From Candidatus Latescibacterota bacterium (GTDB taxonomy: Bacteria; Latescibacterota; UBA2968; GCA-2709665), in assembly GCA_965237675.1 (NCBI GenBank), contig OZ250150.1, positions 1,504,001 to 1,568,000 on the forward strand: a stretch of DNA of 64,000 nt, written 5' to 3'. Position numbers and translations under genes: made by a program. Of this stretch, positions 1 to 9,458 are shown piece by piece. How positions within the stretch are numbered: position 1 is the first letter of the stretch; each line of letters begins with the position of its first letter. Below the pieces are notes generated by a model. The model made no database searches, was not told the DNA's origin, and saw nothing but the letters and a program-made list of their open reading frames with translations.

Positions 1-357
1 ATGAACGAAAAAGGGGCGCTTGAAGAGAACCTGCAGTACGGGAATAAATCTCAATCCGTGGGTGTTAACCACGTCCGGCCGGATTCGGTAGATCACGCGG
101 TTCAGGTTCCGAAGGTAGATTTGAGCCCGGCTTTTGATGGGCACAATCGAGGGCAACCTCCAGATCCGTACGGCGTCTTCTCTGAATACTCCCTGTGGAA
201 GCCGGCCCCCGGATTCGGGGTATTTCTTCGGGTGGGGCATTCGATCGCTTGTCAGGATCCACACCTCGTGTCCCAGCTTTGCCTGTTCGTGAGGCAGGAT
301 ATTATCCTGGTAGCTCAGTCCGGGTATATAGAACTGATTGACGTGGACGATGCGCAT
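1..357 (-). CDS. Glycosyltransferase family 4 (GT-B), N-terminal part, runs off the window start
   Basis: Manual translation from ATG at 357 gives MRIVHVNQFYIPGLSYQDNILPHEQAKLGHEVWILTSDR...IRPDVVNTHG, open to position 1. AGGGGA RBS upstream. Not in the supplied ORF track. Confidence 0.85.
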   Translation of the reverse strand, partial: MRIVHVNQFYIPGLSYQDNILPHEQAKLGHEVWILTSDRMPHPKKYPESGGRLPQGVFREDAVRIWRLPSIVPIKSRAQIYLRNLNRVIYRIRPDVVNTHGLRFIPVLQVLFKRPFFVH

Positions 358-514
358 GAATTCCCTTTAACGAGGCGGATTGGATGTTTTCGCGACGACG
401 ACCTCCGGTATCACATGGAAACATGGCCCCTTTATGAAGCCGTGCAATCGCTCTGCCATTGTGTCATCTTACAACATCAGTATCTTCCCGCCGTCCCGCA
501 TCCGGACTGGCCGT

Positions 515-3500
515 TCAGTTCCCCGCCACGACGGTTTCGATGTGATCCGAACCAAGGAAGACAATCAAGCCGGCTTTCGCCCCGGTTGCCTTCATATAGG
601 CGCGAACCTGGTCCCGGTAAATTGCGATCTGTTTCGATCTGAGACTGATGTCGCTCTTCCAGTCCACCACCACGTCGATGCGGCCTTCGTCATCGAAGGC
701 GACGGCGTCGGCGATGCCCGCCGTAATCGACATCTCCGGCCCATCGGCGTGGCTGTCGTAGACCCAGTACTCGGGAACGAGCCGCGGGCGAAGGGCCGCG
801 ATCTCGGGGCGTCGAAGAGTACGGATGACCATCTCCGCCATTCCCGCGCTGGATATACGGGACGACGCATCCGGGGAGTCCTCGAGTTCCTGCTGGGCGA
901 TGAGTTCGGCGCCCCGAGCTTGCAAATAAGCCGAATCATCCGGCGTTTCTCCAGTCAGTACTTCCTCCATCAGCTTGTGCAGGATCAGGCCTCGTTTCAG
1001 CGCGACATTGACGGGGCTCCCGCCGGCTTCTTCTTCAGTGGCTTCCTTGGCCTCCTCCTCCCCGGAAAACACGGCCAGCGGCAATTCCTCTTCGACCTGC
1101 TCCGTATCCTCGTGACGGCTGGGCCTGTGCCAGGTGATCCGCCTCAGGTTGGCGGCGATGAACGCTTTCTCCCGCTGCCAGGTTTCCGTGTCCTGTCGGT
1201 TGGCCATGGGCTCGTCCGCGACAGGCGGCGAGCGCGTGAATCGCTCGGCATCGAAAGCGGGTAGTGAATTCACGTCGATGTCGATCAGGCTCATCCAGTC
1301 CCCCTTCACGCGTTCGCTCTGCCTGGGCAGCAGCAGCAGGTCCCGCGCGCGGGTCAGCGCCACGTACCATAGCCGCACCCGCTCCCGGTTGAGTTCCTCG
1401 ACCTCCTCCAGCATGGCCTCTTCATATTCAGTACCGGCATAGCCCAATATCTTGAAATGGACGGTGTCGTCGCGCCGCCGATAAAGGAACGTATCCAGAT
1501 ACGTGGGACTGGTTGTGGAATTGATCGGGATCACTATGGGCCATTCCAGGCCCTTGGCCGAATGCATGGTGATGATCGAAACCGCATCCGCCGCCGCGTC
1601 GTGACGGCCTTCCACCTGGGCCTCCGCGTCTTCCCACCTCTGCCAGAGCGCTCGCGCGAAGTCTTCAATGCCCCGCGCCGCATAGGGCCGCGCCATTTCC
1701 AATAACAATTCAACGTTGGCCATGGCGCGTTCGGCGCCCCCCCGGTGGCGCGCCATGAGAATCGGACGAACGTGAAGCGCCTCGACCGCCTCCGCGATGA
1801 TCTGGTAGGGCGTGGTGCCGCGGCGTTTCCGGCGCAGGTCTTGCAGGACTTCCAGCGTCTGTTGCAGAACCGGGCTCCGGACCAACGATGGATCGGTATT
1901 GACGTCGAGGCGGACGGCGCGGTCCGCGCAGACAGGCAACGCCAGGATCTCGTCGGCGATCTGCTCTTCGGAAAGGCCAACCAGCGGACCCCGGATCAAT
2001 GCGCCGAACGCCAGCGTGTCGCGGGCGTCGGCGACTGTTCTGGCCACCGCGATCAGATCCTGGACCTCCTGCCGTCGGAAGAAACCCTTGCCCGCCTGAG
2101 TCGCGATGGGTATATCGCCGTCCTCGAGAGCCCGCTCGTAGATCCAGAGGCTGGTACCGGTGGGGGCGAGCAGGGCGATGTCGGAGGCTCGCGCGGGCCT
2201 CGATTTCCCCTCGTCCTTGTCGTAGACGGGATAGGATCCGATCAGCCGCGCTACGACATCGGTGACGACTCTGGCTTCCTCTTCGCGGATTCTTTCGACA
2301 ACCAGCTTACCCTTCGTGTTCCTGTGCGCGTCGTCCAGTGCGATATCGAAGGCCGCGACGCTTGCGCCGATGGTTTCATCGCCCGCCTCGCGCGTCGTCG
2401 TTAGCGGCGTAAAGCCGGGTTGTCCTCGGGACGCATCCAGCAGGCCCTCGAAGTGACTGTTGACGCAATCCAGAATCGGCGCCCGTGATCGGAAGTTGGC
2501 CGTGATGCTGAGGATGGATGCCGGGTCGCGGCTGGAAAGCGCGCGCCTGGCCTCAAGGTACGTCTGCACGTCCGCGCCGCGGAACCTGTAAATCGCCTGC
2601 TTGGGATCGCCCACCAGAAAGAGCGCGCCCGGACAAATGGCGCGTTCCTGCCAGGGTGTCTTCGGATCCCCCTCTCCGGCCAGTCGCCAGACAATTTCGG
2701 CCTGTAGCGGATCGGTGTCCTGGAACTCATCCACGAGGATGTGTTGGTAGCGCTTAGACAGGGCACGGCGGACCGGTTCGTTTTCCCGGAGGAGATCCCT
2801 GGCCCGATACAACAGGTCGTCGAAATCGAGCAGAGCCGTGTCGCGCTTGAACTTTCCGTAAAGATCCCGTAGCGCGTCAAATTCCCCAACGAAGCGCTGC
2901 AACGCCATACTGCCGAGGGTGTCGCAAAATGCGCCGTACATCCTGTCGCACGCTTCGTATAGCGCCAGACCCTCAGCGTAAAGGCGTGCCCCATACGCGC
3001 CGCTGCCGCCCGCGGCTTTCGCCGCCCTCTGCCACTTTCCCTTGGCATGCCACTGTTTGAACTTCCTTTCGCCTTTCTTGCAGGCAGACGGCGGGCGATG
3101 ATAGATCAGATCGGCAAGGCCTTCCCCCGGAACAGGACCGGCCTCCGGTGTGTCCGTCTTTTCCGCCACGTCCAGAAGATCATCGATTACCGCGGTTGTG
3201 CCTGGTTCTTCAATACCGGTGTCTCCATACCAGGCCGCGAACGCACGCGCGGCATTGACGAACGCCACCTGGGCTTCCCTATCGACTTCGGAAATGGCCG
3301 CCCGGGCTGTCCGGTGTGTTCTGAGAAAGTGCGCCGCGCCCCGGATCAGGCTTAGCGTCTGATCAGGCGATCTCTGCAGGAGGGAAGCGAAGAGATCTTC
3401 CCCTTTGGCGCCGGAATGCTCAATCGGAGGCATACGCCCCAGGCCGTCGTCGCCCGGGTTCCGTCCGAACCGCGCTGAGAGCCAGGCCTCCACGAGATCC

Positions 3501-3967
3501 TCGAAGACGAGTTCCGCCACGCCGGGATCCATGATGGCGGCGCCGGGATCCTGGCCGGACTCCACCGGATACGGCGCGATCAGTTTCTGGCAGAAGCCGT
3601 GGATGGTGGTGCAGGTCAGTTCATCGAGCGCGCCGGCGCCCTTCTTGAGATTGGCGCGTTGCAGGTCGCTCAGACCGGTCGGCAGGGCAGGGGCAAGCTC
3701 GGGAGGCACAACGCCGGATTCCAGATCCCGTACGATGCCTTCTATCCGTTCCAGAAGCTCGGCAGCGGCCGCTTCGGTGAAGGTAATGGCCGCGATGTGC
3801 TTCGGAGCGATACCGGCGGCCACGAGCAGCGCCGCCCGCCCGGCCATGAGCGCCGTCTTTCCACTTCCCGCGCCGGCCTCGACAAGAAGCGAGCGATGGT
3901 GATGCGTCAGCGCCGTGATGCGCGCCTTTATGTCGGCAATGGGTGCCTGTGGGTGATCGCATGGCAT
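515..3967 (-). CDS. AddA/UvrD-like SF1 helicase with C-terminal PD-(D/E)XK nuclease
   Basis: Motifs AGAGSGKT, TIHGFC, DEFQD, VGDPKQAIYRFRGA, NFRS, TMHSAKGLE, YVALTRA, and C-terminal GIADAV...VVDWKS. Confidence 0.92.
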   Translation of the reverse strand: MPCDHPQAPIADIKARITALTHHHRSLLVEAGAGSGKTALMAGRAALLVAAGIAPKHIAAITFTEAAAAELLERIEGIVRDLESGVVPPELAPALPTGLSDLQRANLKKGAGALDELTCTTIHGFCQKLIAPYPVESGQDPGAAIMDPGVAELVFEDLVEAWLSARFGRNPGDDGLGRMPPIEHSGAKGEDLFASLLQRSPDQTLSLIRGAAHFLRTHRTARAAISEVDREAQVAFVNAARAFAAWYGDTGIEEPGTTAVIDDLLDVAEKTDTPEAGPVPGEGLADLIYHRPPSACKKGERKFKQWHAKGKWQRAAKAAGGSGAYGARLYAEGLALYEACDRMYGAFCDTLGSMALQRFVGEFDALRDLYGKFKRDTALLDFDDLLYRARDLLRENEPVRRALSKRYQHILVDEFQDTDPLQAEIVWRLAGEGDPKTPWQERAICPGALFLVGDPKQAIYRFRGADVQTYLEARRALSSRDPASILSITANFRSRAPILDCVNSHFEGLLDASRGQPGFTPLTTTREAGDETIGASVAAFDIALDDAHRNTKGKLVVERIREEEARVVTDVVARLIGSYPVYDKDEGKSRPARASDIALLAPTGTSLWIYERALEDGDIPIATQAGKGFFRRQEVQDLIAVARTVADARDTLAFGALIRGPLVGLSEEQIADEILALPVCADRAVRLDVNTDPSLVRSPVLQQTLEVLQDLRRKRRGTTPYQIIAEAVEALHVRPILMARHRGGAERAMANVELLLEMARPYAARGIEDFARALWQRWEDAEAQVEGRHDAAADAVSIITMHSAKGLEWPIVIPINSTTSPTYLDTFLYRRRDDTVHFKILGYAGTEYEEAMLEEVEELNRERVRLWYVALTRARDLLLLPRQSERVKGDWMSLIDIDVNSLPAFDAERFTRSPPVADEPMANRQDTETWQREKAFIAANLRRITWHRPSRHEDTEQVEEELPLAVFSGEEEAKEATEEEAGGSPVNVALKRGLILHKLMEEVLTGETPDDSAYLQARGAELIAQQELEDSPDASSRISSAGMAEMVIRTLRRPEIAALRPRLVPEYWVYDSHADGPEMSITAGIADAVAFDDEGRIDVVVDWKSDISLRSKQIAIYRDQVRAYMKATGAKAGLIVFLGSDHIETVVAGN

Positions 3968-3968
3968 C

Positions 3969-6671
3969 TCAGGGTGTCTCCCACAGGAGCGGGAGCGGGG
4001 CGAGAGCCCTCCTAACCAGTCGTCCCTTGGTCCTCAGATAGCCGTCCTTCGCGCCCGCGGGAAGCGCGAATGAAAGATCGTACCACCTGTCCTCCGCGGG
4101 AGGACCGCTAAACGCGTTACCGTCGACAAAGAGGATCCTGGCCGCATCGAGATATCCCGCCAGTTCTGCGAGTGTTTCCTCGGTGTCGTCCAGGACCAGG
4201 GCTGGATCGTCGCTGCGCGGATAGACCAGGCGCGCCTCGACCTCGGGCCGCGTCACGATGAGCGACCTGACCGCAAAGCCATAGAGGCACCGTTGCAATT
4301 CCGCGCCGCCGTCGATCTGAGGCGGTTTGCCGGGTACCCTGCCCGATTTGTAGTCCGTAACGCGGGCTCGTCGTCCGTCGTCCGAAAGGTCCAGCCGGTC
4401 GATGTATCCGCCGATGCGAATCTGCGTGCCGTCGATGTGGACGGGCGCCGAGGGGTCCCACGGCAGCCGGGCGCGTCCGCTGGAGGGTTTAACGTTCCAC
4501 ACGTTCCCGAACGGGATTTCCGCCCAGGTGCGCTGCCCCGGCAGCGAGGTCTCCTCGCGGGTCAGCGCGGCCACCGCCAGCAACCGTGCCTCTTCGCATT
4601 TCCGCTGCCAGATGACGGGTGGCGGTACCGGGCGGGTGGCCGCCCATCGATCCGCGACTGCGTGTGCTGCCGATGCCACCGCGCGTTCGATGGCGCCGTG
4701 AGAAGCGCCGGCAAATCCGCCGGCTTCGACGCCCTCTGTTCGGGTCACAGCTTCCTGGAGGAATTGGTGCAGAAGCTCGCCGAACGCAAGCGCGTCAAGC
4801 GTGAGCGGCTCGTCCGTTTCCTCGGGCGCCTTCCAGCCGAAACCGTAGGTCCACAGATAGCCGAGGGGATCCCGAAGCAGCCTCGCCAGCGAACTGGCGG
4901 ATTGGGTGCGGTTGAGGGCGCGAAGCAGCATCGGATGCCCCGGCATGATCACGCCGTCGTGGGCCGTCAGCTTCTCGCTCCGCCAATCCATCCAGGTCCG
5001 GGTCGCGGACCCCGCCAATGGCAGCGCGGCGAATTCGCGGGGTCTGGCCATCAGTCGATCGGCCTGGCTTGCGGCATGCTCCGGCGCCCGGCTCTGGGCG
5101 AGGAACGCTTCATCGCTGTCCTGCGGATAGAGGGGCGAAACGCCGTTGAGCCGTCCTTCGCTATCCCGCCGCGCCCGCGAACAGACGACCTGGCGGTCCG
5201 TCATCCTGCAGATGGTTCCGAAATCACGACGGTCTGATTCGTGAACAGGCAGGGGATCCAGGCGCTCCTGCGGCATGACGTGAGTGGGAAGCAAGGGGTC
5301 CTCGCTGGCGCGCCGGGGCCAGGAGCGCGAGGTGAGGCCGACCAGCCAGCAAAAGGGCCGGGGAACCGCCGCGACGGCCGATGCCGGCCCCCATACAATG
5401 GCAGCGCCCGGTTCTGCGTCGTCCTGTACGCGGAGCCCGGCCAGGGTCACGTCCAGAGCGGCAGGCGGCCCCTCCACCAGGGCCCTTTGCCAGATCCCCA
5501 GCGCCTCCGAATCTTTGAAGAGCACCGCACCCATCTCTTCCGCCCGGGTCAGGCCCAGGCGGAGAACCTTGACGATATGCTGCAGCAGCGGCCGGTGGTT
5601 TTCGCCGTCGGAAAAGTCCTCCGGCGTCAACTCGCTCAAGCGTTGGTCCCATCGGTCCGCGGATAACAGTGGGGCATGGTCCGGCAGGATTTCCCACCAG
5701 TCTTCCGGCAAAGATTGGAAAGGCTTGACGCAAGACCGAAGCAGGCCTATGAAGCGGACCATGCGCGGGCGGGACAGCCCGCGGAGGAGAATTTCGGCGA
5801 GCGCCGCGGCAAGCTGCCCGTCCTGGGTCGCAAGAGCAGGCCGGCCGTGAATGAAGTGAACCGGCAGATTCGCGGCGGCCGACAGGGCCAGCATGTGATC
5901 GTCCCACGCCGCGGGTGATGCCGCCGCGATCGCAATCTGACGGGCGGGTGTTCCTTTTGTGAGATGCCTCCGCGTCCATCGAAGGGCTTCCAGTATTTCG
6001 TGGCGGGGCGTGGCGCACGACACCGCGCGGATCTCGGGTTGTGACGGCTTCGTCGTATGTACCGTGATACCCGACCCGGAAAGCCAGTCCGGAAACAGCC
6101 TGGCGCCGGCCACCCAGACCAGATCCGTTTCGGTGCCGAGCCGCAACAACAGATTTCTCCACACCGGCGGCAACTCGGTGCGGCCGTGGATCTCTATGCG
6201 GCCAAAGAGGGTGGGGGCAAAGTGTACTCGCTCGATCGCCGCCTTCGCCAGTTCGGCAGGCGGGAGTTGATTTTTTGGCAGCCTCGAACGCACCTCCCGT
6301 TCCAGGGTCGCCAGGGAGCCGGTGCGCGTTGAACCGTTCCCGTCCACCGCCAGGCCCGCTCGCCAGGCCTTTGACAGGGTGGCCGCGGCCGCGCGTTGGA
6401 ACCCGGGCAGGCCTTTGATTGTATCGAGTTCCTCGAGCGATCCGGCGGCGGCAGCGTCCCTCAACCGTTCCTTCAGAATATCGGTCCGGATGGACCGGAG
6501 GAATCCTCCGGCAAGCCGTGCGGCCAGCTCCTCCATTGATACAACCAGCAGACCCTGTTCGCCACCAATGGCCGCTTGTGTCTGATGCCATCGTCGCGGG
6601 TACCCGCCTTCCACCACCACCGTCCTGCGCCATTGCGAATTCAATTTCAGGTCATGTTTTGTTTCTGGCAT
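3969..6671 (-). CDS. AddB-like protein: degenerate helicase N-terminus plus PD-(D/E)XK nuclease
   Basis: SASSL..LLRDPLGY, FGELLH, GYIDRLDL...VTDYKSG, LQRCLY. Abuts the AddA-like gene with a 1-nt gap. Confidence 0.85.
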   Translation of the reverse strand: MPETKHDLKLNSQWRRTVVVEGGYPRRWHQTQAAIGGEQGLLVVSMEELAARLAGGFLRSIRTDILKERLRDAAAAGSLEELDTIKGLPGFQRAAAATLSKAWRAGLAVDGNGSTRTGSLATLEREVRSRLPKNQLPPAELAKAAIERVHFAPTLFGRIEIHGRTELPPVWRNLLLRLGTETDLVWVAGARLFPDWLSGSGITVHTTKPSQPEIRAVSCATPRHEILEALRWTRRHLTKGTPARQIAIAAASPAAWDDHMLALSAAANLPVHFIHGRPALATQDGQLAAALAEILLRGLSRPRMVRFIGLLRSCVKPFQSLPEDWWEILPDHAPLLSADRWDQRLSELTPEDFSDGENHRPLLQHIVKVLRLGLTRAEEMGAVLFKDSEALGIWQRALVEGPPAALDVTLAGLRVQDDAEPGAAIVWGPASAVAAVPRPFCWLVGLTSRSWPRRASEDPLLPTHVMPQERLDPLPVHESDRRDFGTICRMTDRQVVCSRARRDSEGRLNGVSPLYPQDSDEAFLAQSRAPEHAASQADRLMARPREFAALPLAGSATRTWMDWRSEKLTAHDGVIMPGHPMLLRALNRTQSASSLARLLRDPLGYLWTYGFGWKAPEETDEPLTLDALAFGELLHQFLQEAVTRTEGVEAGGFAGASHGAIERAVASAAHAVADRWAATRPVPPPVIWQRKCEEARLLAVAALTREETSLPGQRTWAEIPFGNVWNVKPSSGRARLPWDPSAPVHIDGTQIRIGGYIDRLDLSDDGRRARVTDYKSGRVPGKPPQIDGGAELQRCLYGFAVRSLIVTRPEVEARLVYPRSDDPALVLDDTEETLAELAGYLDAARILFVDGNAFSGPPAEDRWYDLSFALPAGAKDGYLRTKGRLVRRALAPLPLLWETP

Positions 6672-6724
6672 AGCTGCTCCGACGCCTCCACCTGCCTATT
6701 GCATTTCCTGTCGTCGAAAAAAAA

Positions 6725-6972
6725 GACCTCTCCCCCCGGCCCCCTCTCCTGCGAGGAGAGGGGAAGTCAAACGCAGTGTTGCGTAAACAACGTTTTATAC
6801 ATGCTGTGATTGCTCGGACAACGCCATCTCGTCACCCTCCCAATTGCAACTCGCCGACCAATCACGATGTCTCGACCGGATTTTTTCATTCGAAACGTCT
6901 TCATCCAATCCAACCGTTCATCAGCCGATCACAGTTCCCCCTTCCTCTCAGGAAGGGGGTTAGGGGGTAGGA
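6725..6972. repeat. MITE-like element with hairpin ends (CCCCCTCTCCTGCGAGGAGAGGGG ... CCCCCTTCCTCTCAGGAAGGGGGTTAGGGGG)
   Basis: Homologous copies at ~42171-42382, ~43051-43261 and ~43944-44155. Isolated end hairpins at many other sites. Confidence 0.75.
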
Positions 6973-6976
6973 CTCG

Positions 6977-7705
6977 TCAACCGACGTTTACACTTTCACC
7001 GGTGACAACCATCGGATGCGCCCATACGGTCGACTCGTCCTTGACGGATCCATCCCTGTACGTGGAGATAAAGCACCAGCGGTCCGCGCCCGTGATATTC
7101 GGATAGGAGCTGTGCAGGGTCTGATCGTGAAAAAAGACCGCGTCGCCCCGGTTCACCGCAAGCGTGGTCTCGGGGCGTCCGGCGAACTCTTCGTTTTCAA
7201 TGCGCCATGCGAAGCCGTTCTCTCCCCGGACCTGTTTCACTTTGAACCGCTTGGCGTGGCTGCCGGCAATCATCTTCAAACAGCCGTTTTCCGGCGTGGC
7301 GTCGTCCAGGGCGATCCATACGGAAATCTTGTTCGCACCCTTCCAATAGTACCAGTCCTGGTGCCAGGGAGACCCGAACCGGGTGAACTTGTTCTTGTAG
7401 ACCGACTTCACGCTCAGAAACTCCACGTTCGGACCGATTATCCGGTTCACGATGGACACCACGCAGTCGTCTTTCATCCGGTCCCGGAAGAAGGGGTCCA
7501 GCGTCTCCGGCATGAAGACGTGGACGCCAGTAGACGCCGGGTCCGTGCTGATATGACCCCCCGCCTCGAGGATGTTTATTATGCGCGACTTCCAGTCCAG
7601 CATCTCTTCCGGAGAATAAAGGCCCTTCGCAATCAGGAATCCATCACGTTTAAACGCCTCGGCGGCATCTACTACAGAATCCGGAACCGTTTTATTGGAT
7701 ACCAT
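6977..7705 (-). CDS. Phytanoyl-CoA dioxygenase (PhyH) family Fe(II)/2OG oxygenase
   Basis: WHQD, ISVWIALDDATPENGCLKMIAGSH, GDAVFF..TLHSS..N...R. The ORF-track N-terminal extension is repeat-derived, so the start is placed at MVSNK (7705). Confidence 0.9.
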   Translation of the reverse strand: MVSNKTVPDSVVDAAEAFKRDGFLIAKGLYSPEEMLDWKSRIINILEAGGHISTDPASTGVHVFMPETLDPFFRDRMKDDCVVSIVNRIIGPNVEFLSVKSVYKNKFTRFGSPWHQDWYYWKGANKISVWIALDDATPENGCLKMIAGSHAKRFKVKQVRGENGFAWRIENEEFAGRPETTLAVNRGDAVFFHDQTLHSSYPNITGADRWCFISTYRDGSVKDESTVWAHPMVVTGESVNVG

Positions 7706-7779
7706 CCCGCGTCTCCCGATTTTGGATGACAGTAATTGATACCCTGGTTTGAGCCAGGCCCCCTCTACACCACCTTTTG

Positions 7780-9455
7780 AAGTTGACGCAAAATGCGACA
7801 CGGACAATCCGATACGGTGGAACACGGATATGATAAACCAAATCCGATCAGCATCCAACAAAACGAAGGGGCGGTTCGCGAACCGCCCCTTCAAAATCCA
7901 GGCATTGGCAGATTGACCCCACCAAGCCATATCGCCTTCTCCCCCTCTCCTCGCAGGAGAGGGGGCCGGGGGGAGAGGTTCCCCCTCGTCGCGTCACGCA
8001 ATTAGCCGATTGACAACGCCAGTCCGTATCGATGTCCGGTGGGTGCAGGGTGGTCCTCTTCCGTCTCCCCTCTCCCTTCTAACTGCCGTTCGTGGTTGCT
8101 CATGTCGCGGCATGGATATGATAATCCAAATCCCTTCAGCATCCAACACTACGTAGGGGCGGTTCGGGAACCGCCCCTACAAAAACCGGACATCTGCGAA
8201 TTGATATCTCCGGGTTTCGCGTCTCCGTCGTTACAATTGTAGGGGCAACCCTTGTGGTTGCCCTCCTTGCGGCGCTCACGTCAATCGATTGGGTTTTAGC
8301 TGATCGCTGCCTGCTGACCGCTGATTGGTTCTCGCTGGCAGGAAACAACTGGAAATTCGGTCGACAGACCTTTCGAGAGAATAACCAGAGCAGAGCGCGC
8401 TGTTCCGTCCAGCAACGAACACCACTATCCTCCATCGTTTTCAGGGCAAAGGATCATGTGCATCCCGTTAGGTAGTTCGCGCTGTGCATGTCGACGGCCC
8501 CGCCTGCCTGTGCGTGGCCGCACGCAGACAGGCGCCTGGCGGCGACTTTTAAAAACGGTAAGAAGCAAGAGGCAAGAAGGTAGAAGGGTTAATAACTTTG
8601 TCATATGAAACCCTCTGAACCGGAGTCTCGCTAACTGGAAAATAGAAGTGGATCGCGAAAGAGGGCGTGTAACCGGTGGGTGGCTGAGTGGCCTTCTTAC
8701 CTCTACCGTCTTACGTCTCACGGTTTCAAGGAACCCGCCGCAGGCAGGGAATTTGGGGAGAAGTGGATTTTGTGTTTATTTTTTCCGCTGTGCCTTTGTG
8801 TGAGCTGTTGTTTCTGCACCGACAGGCGGCCGACCCGTGGGTCGCCCCTACAAAAACCAGACGTCGGCAAATCGATATGGCGTGGCCATGTCGCTAACCG
8901 GTGTTGGCTGACTGCTAGTTCCGCCGGAGGCACGAAAAAACATATAGGCAAAGGCGAATGATGGGTTGTGCTCCCGACCTGTGGAGTCATTTCTCTCTCT
9001 ATCTTTTCATTCTCTTTTCTTCGTCCTTTTTCACGCCCAAGAAAAAGGACCAAAAAGAACGGCGCCGTTCGGCACGGGGCCGGTTTTTCCGCGAATCACC
9101 TTAGTGGAGAAATCGTGAGACATTGGCCTGAGACCGCGTGAGCATACGCGATGCGGTGGCGGGTGACGGAATAACGCAGAAAAACCCCCCTCTCCGCCAC
9201 CGGGCGGGTGAGTGGGAACGGTGTTTGGCCGCGGTCGCCTCATCCTCACCAAACGGGAGGTTCGCGAACCGCCCCTACAAAAACCGGACATCCGCGAATT
9301 GATATCGCCGGGTTTCGCGGCGCCGCTGTTGCATTTGCAGGGGCAACCCTTGTGGTTGCCCCATGATGGCGTTGACATCGGCAATTGACATCGCCGATCC
9401 GTGTCGCCAACCGGTTCTGGCTGACCGCTGACTACTGATGGCTGATCGCTGTTTT
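7780..9455. repeat. Intergenic mosaic of REP/REPIN/MITE modules
   Basis: REP palindromes GTAGGGGCGGTTCGGGAACCGCCCCTAC (8153) and GTAGGGGCAACCCTTGTGGTTGCCC (8239), a 177-bp element at 8551-8727, a variable-arm element at 9021-9185, and GCTGACC-type heptamer runs. Confidence 0.85.
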
Positions 9456-9458
9456 TTT

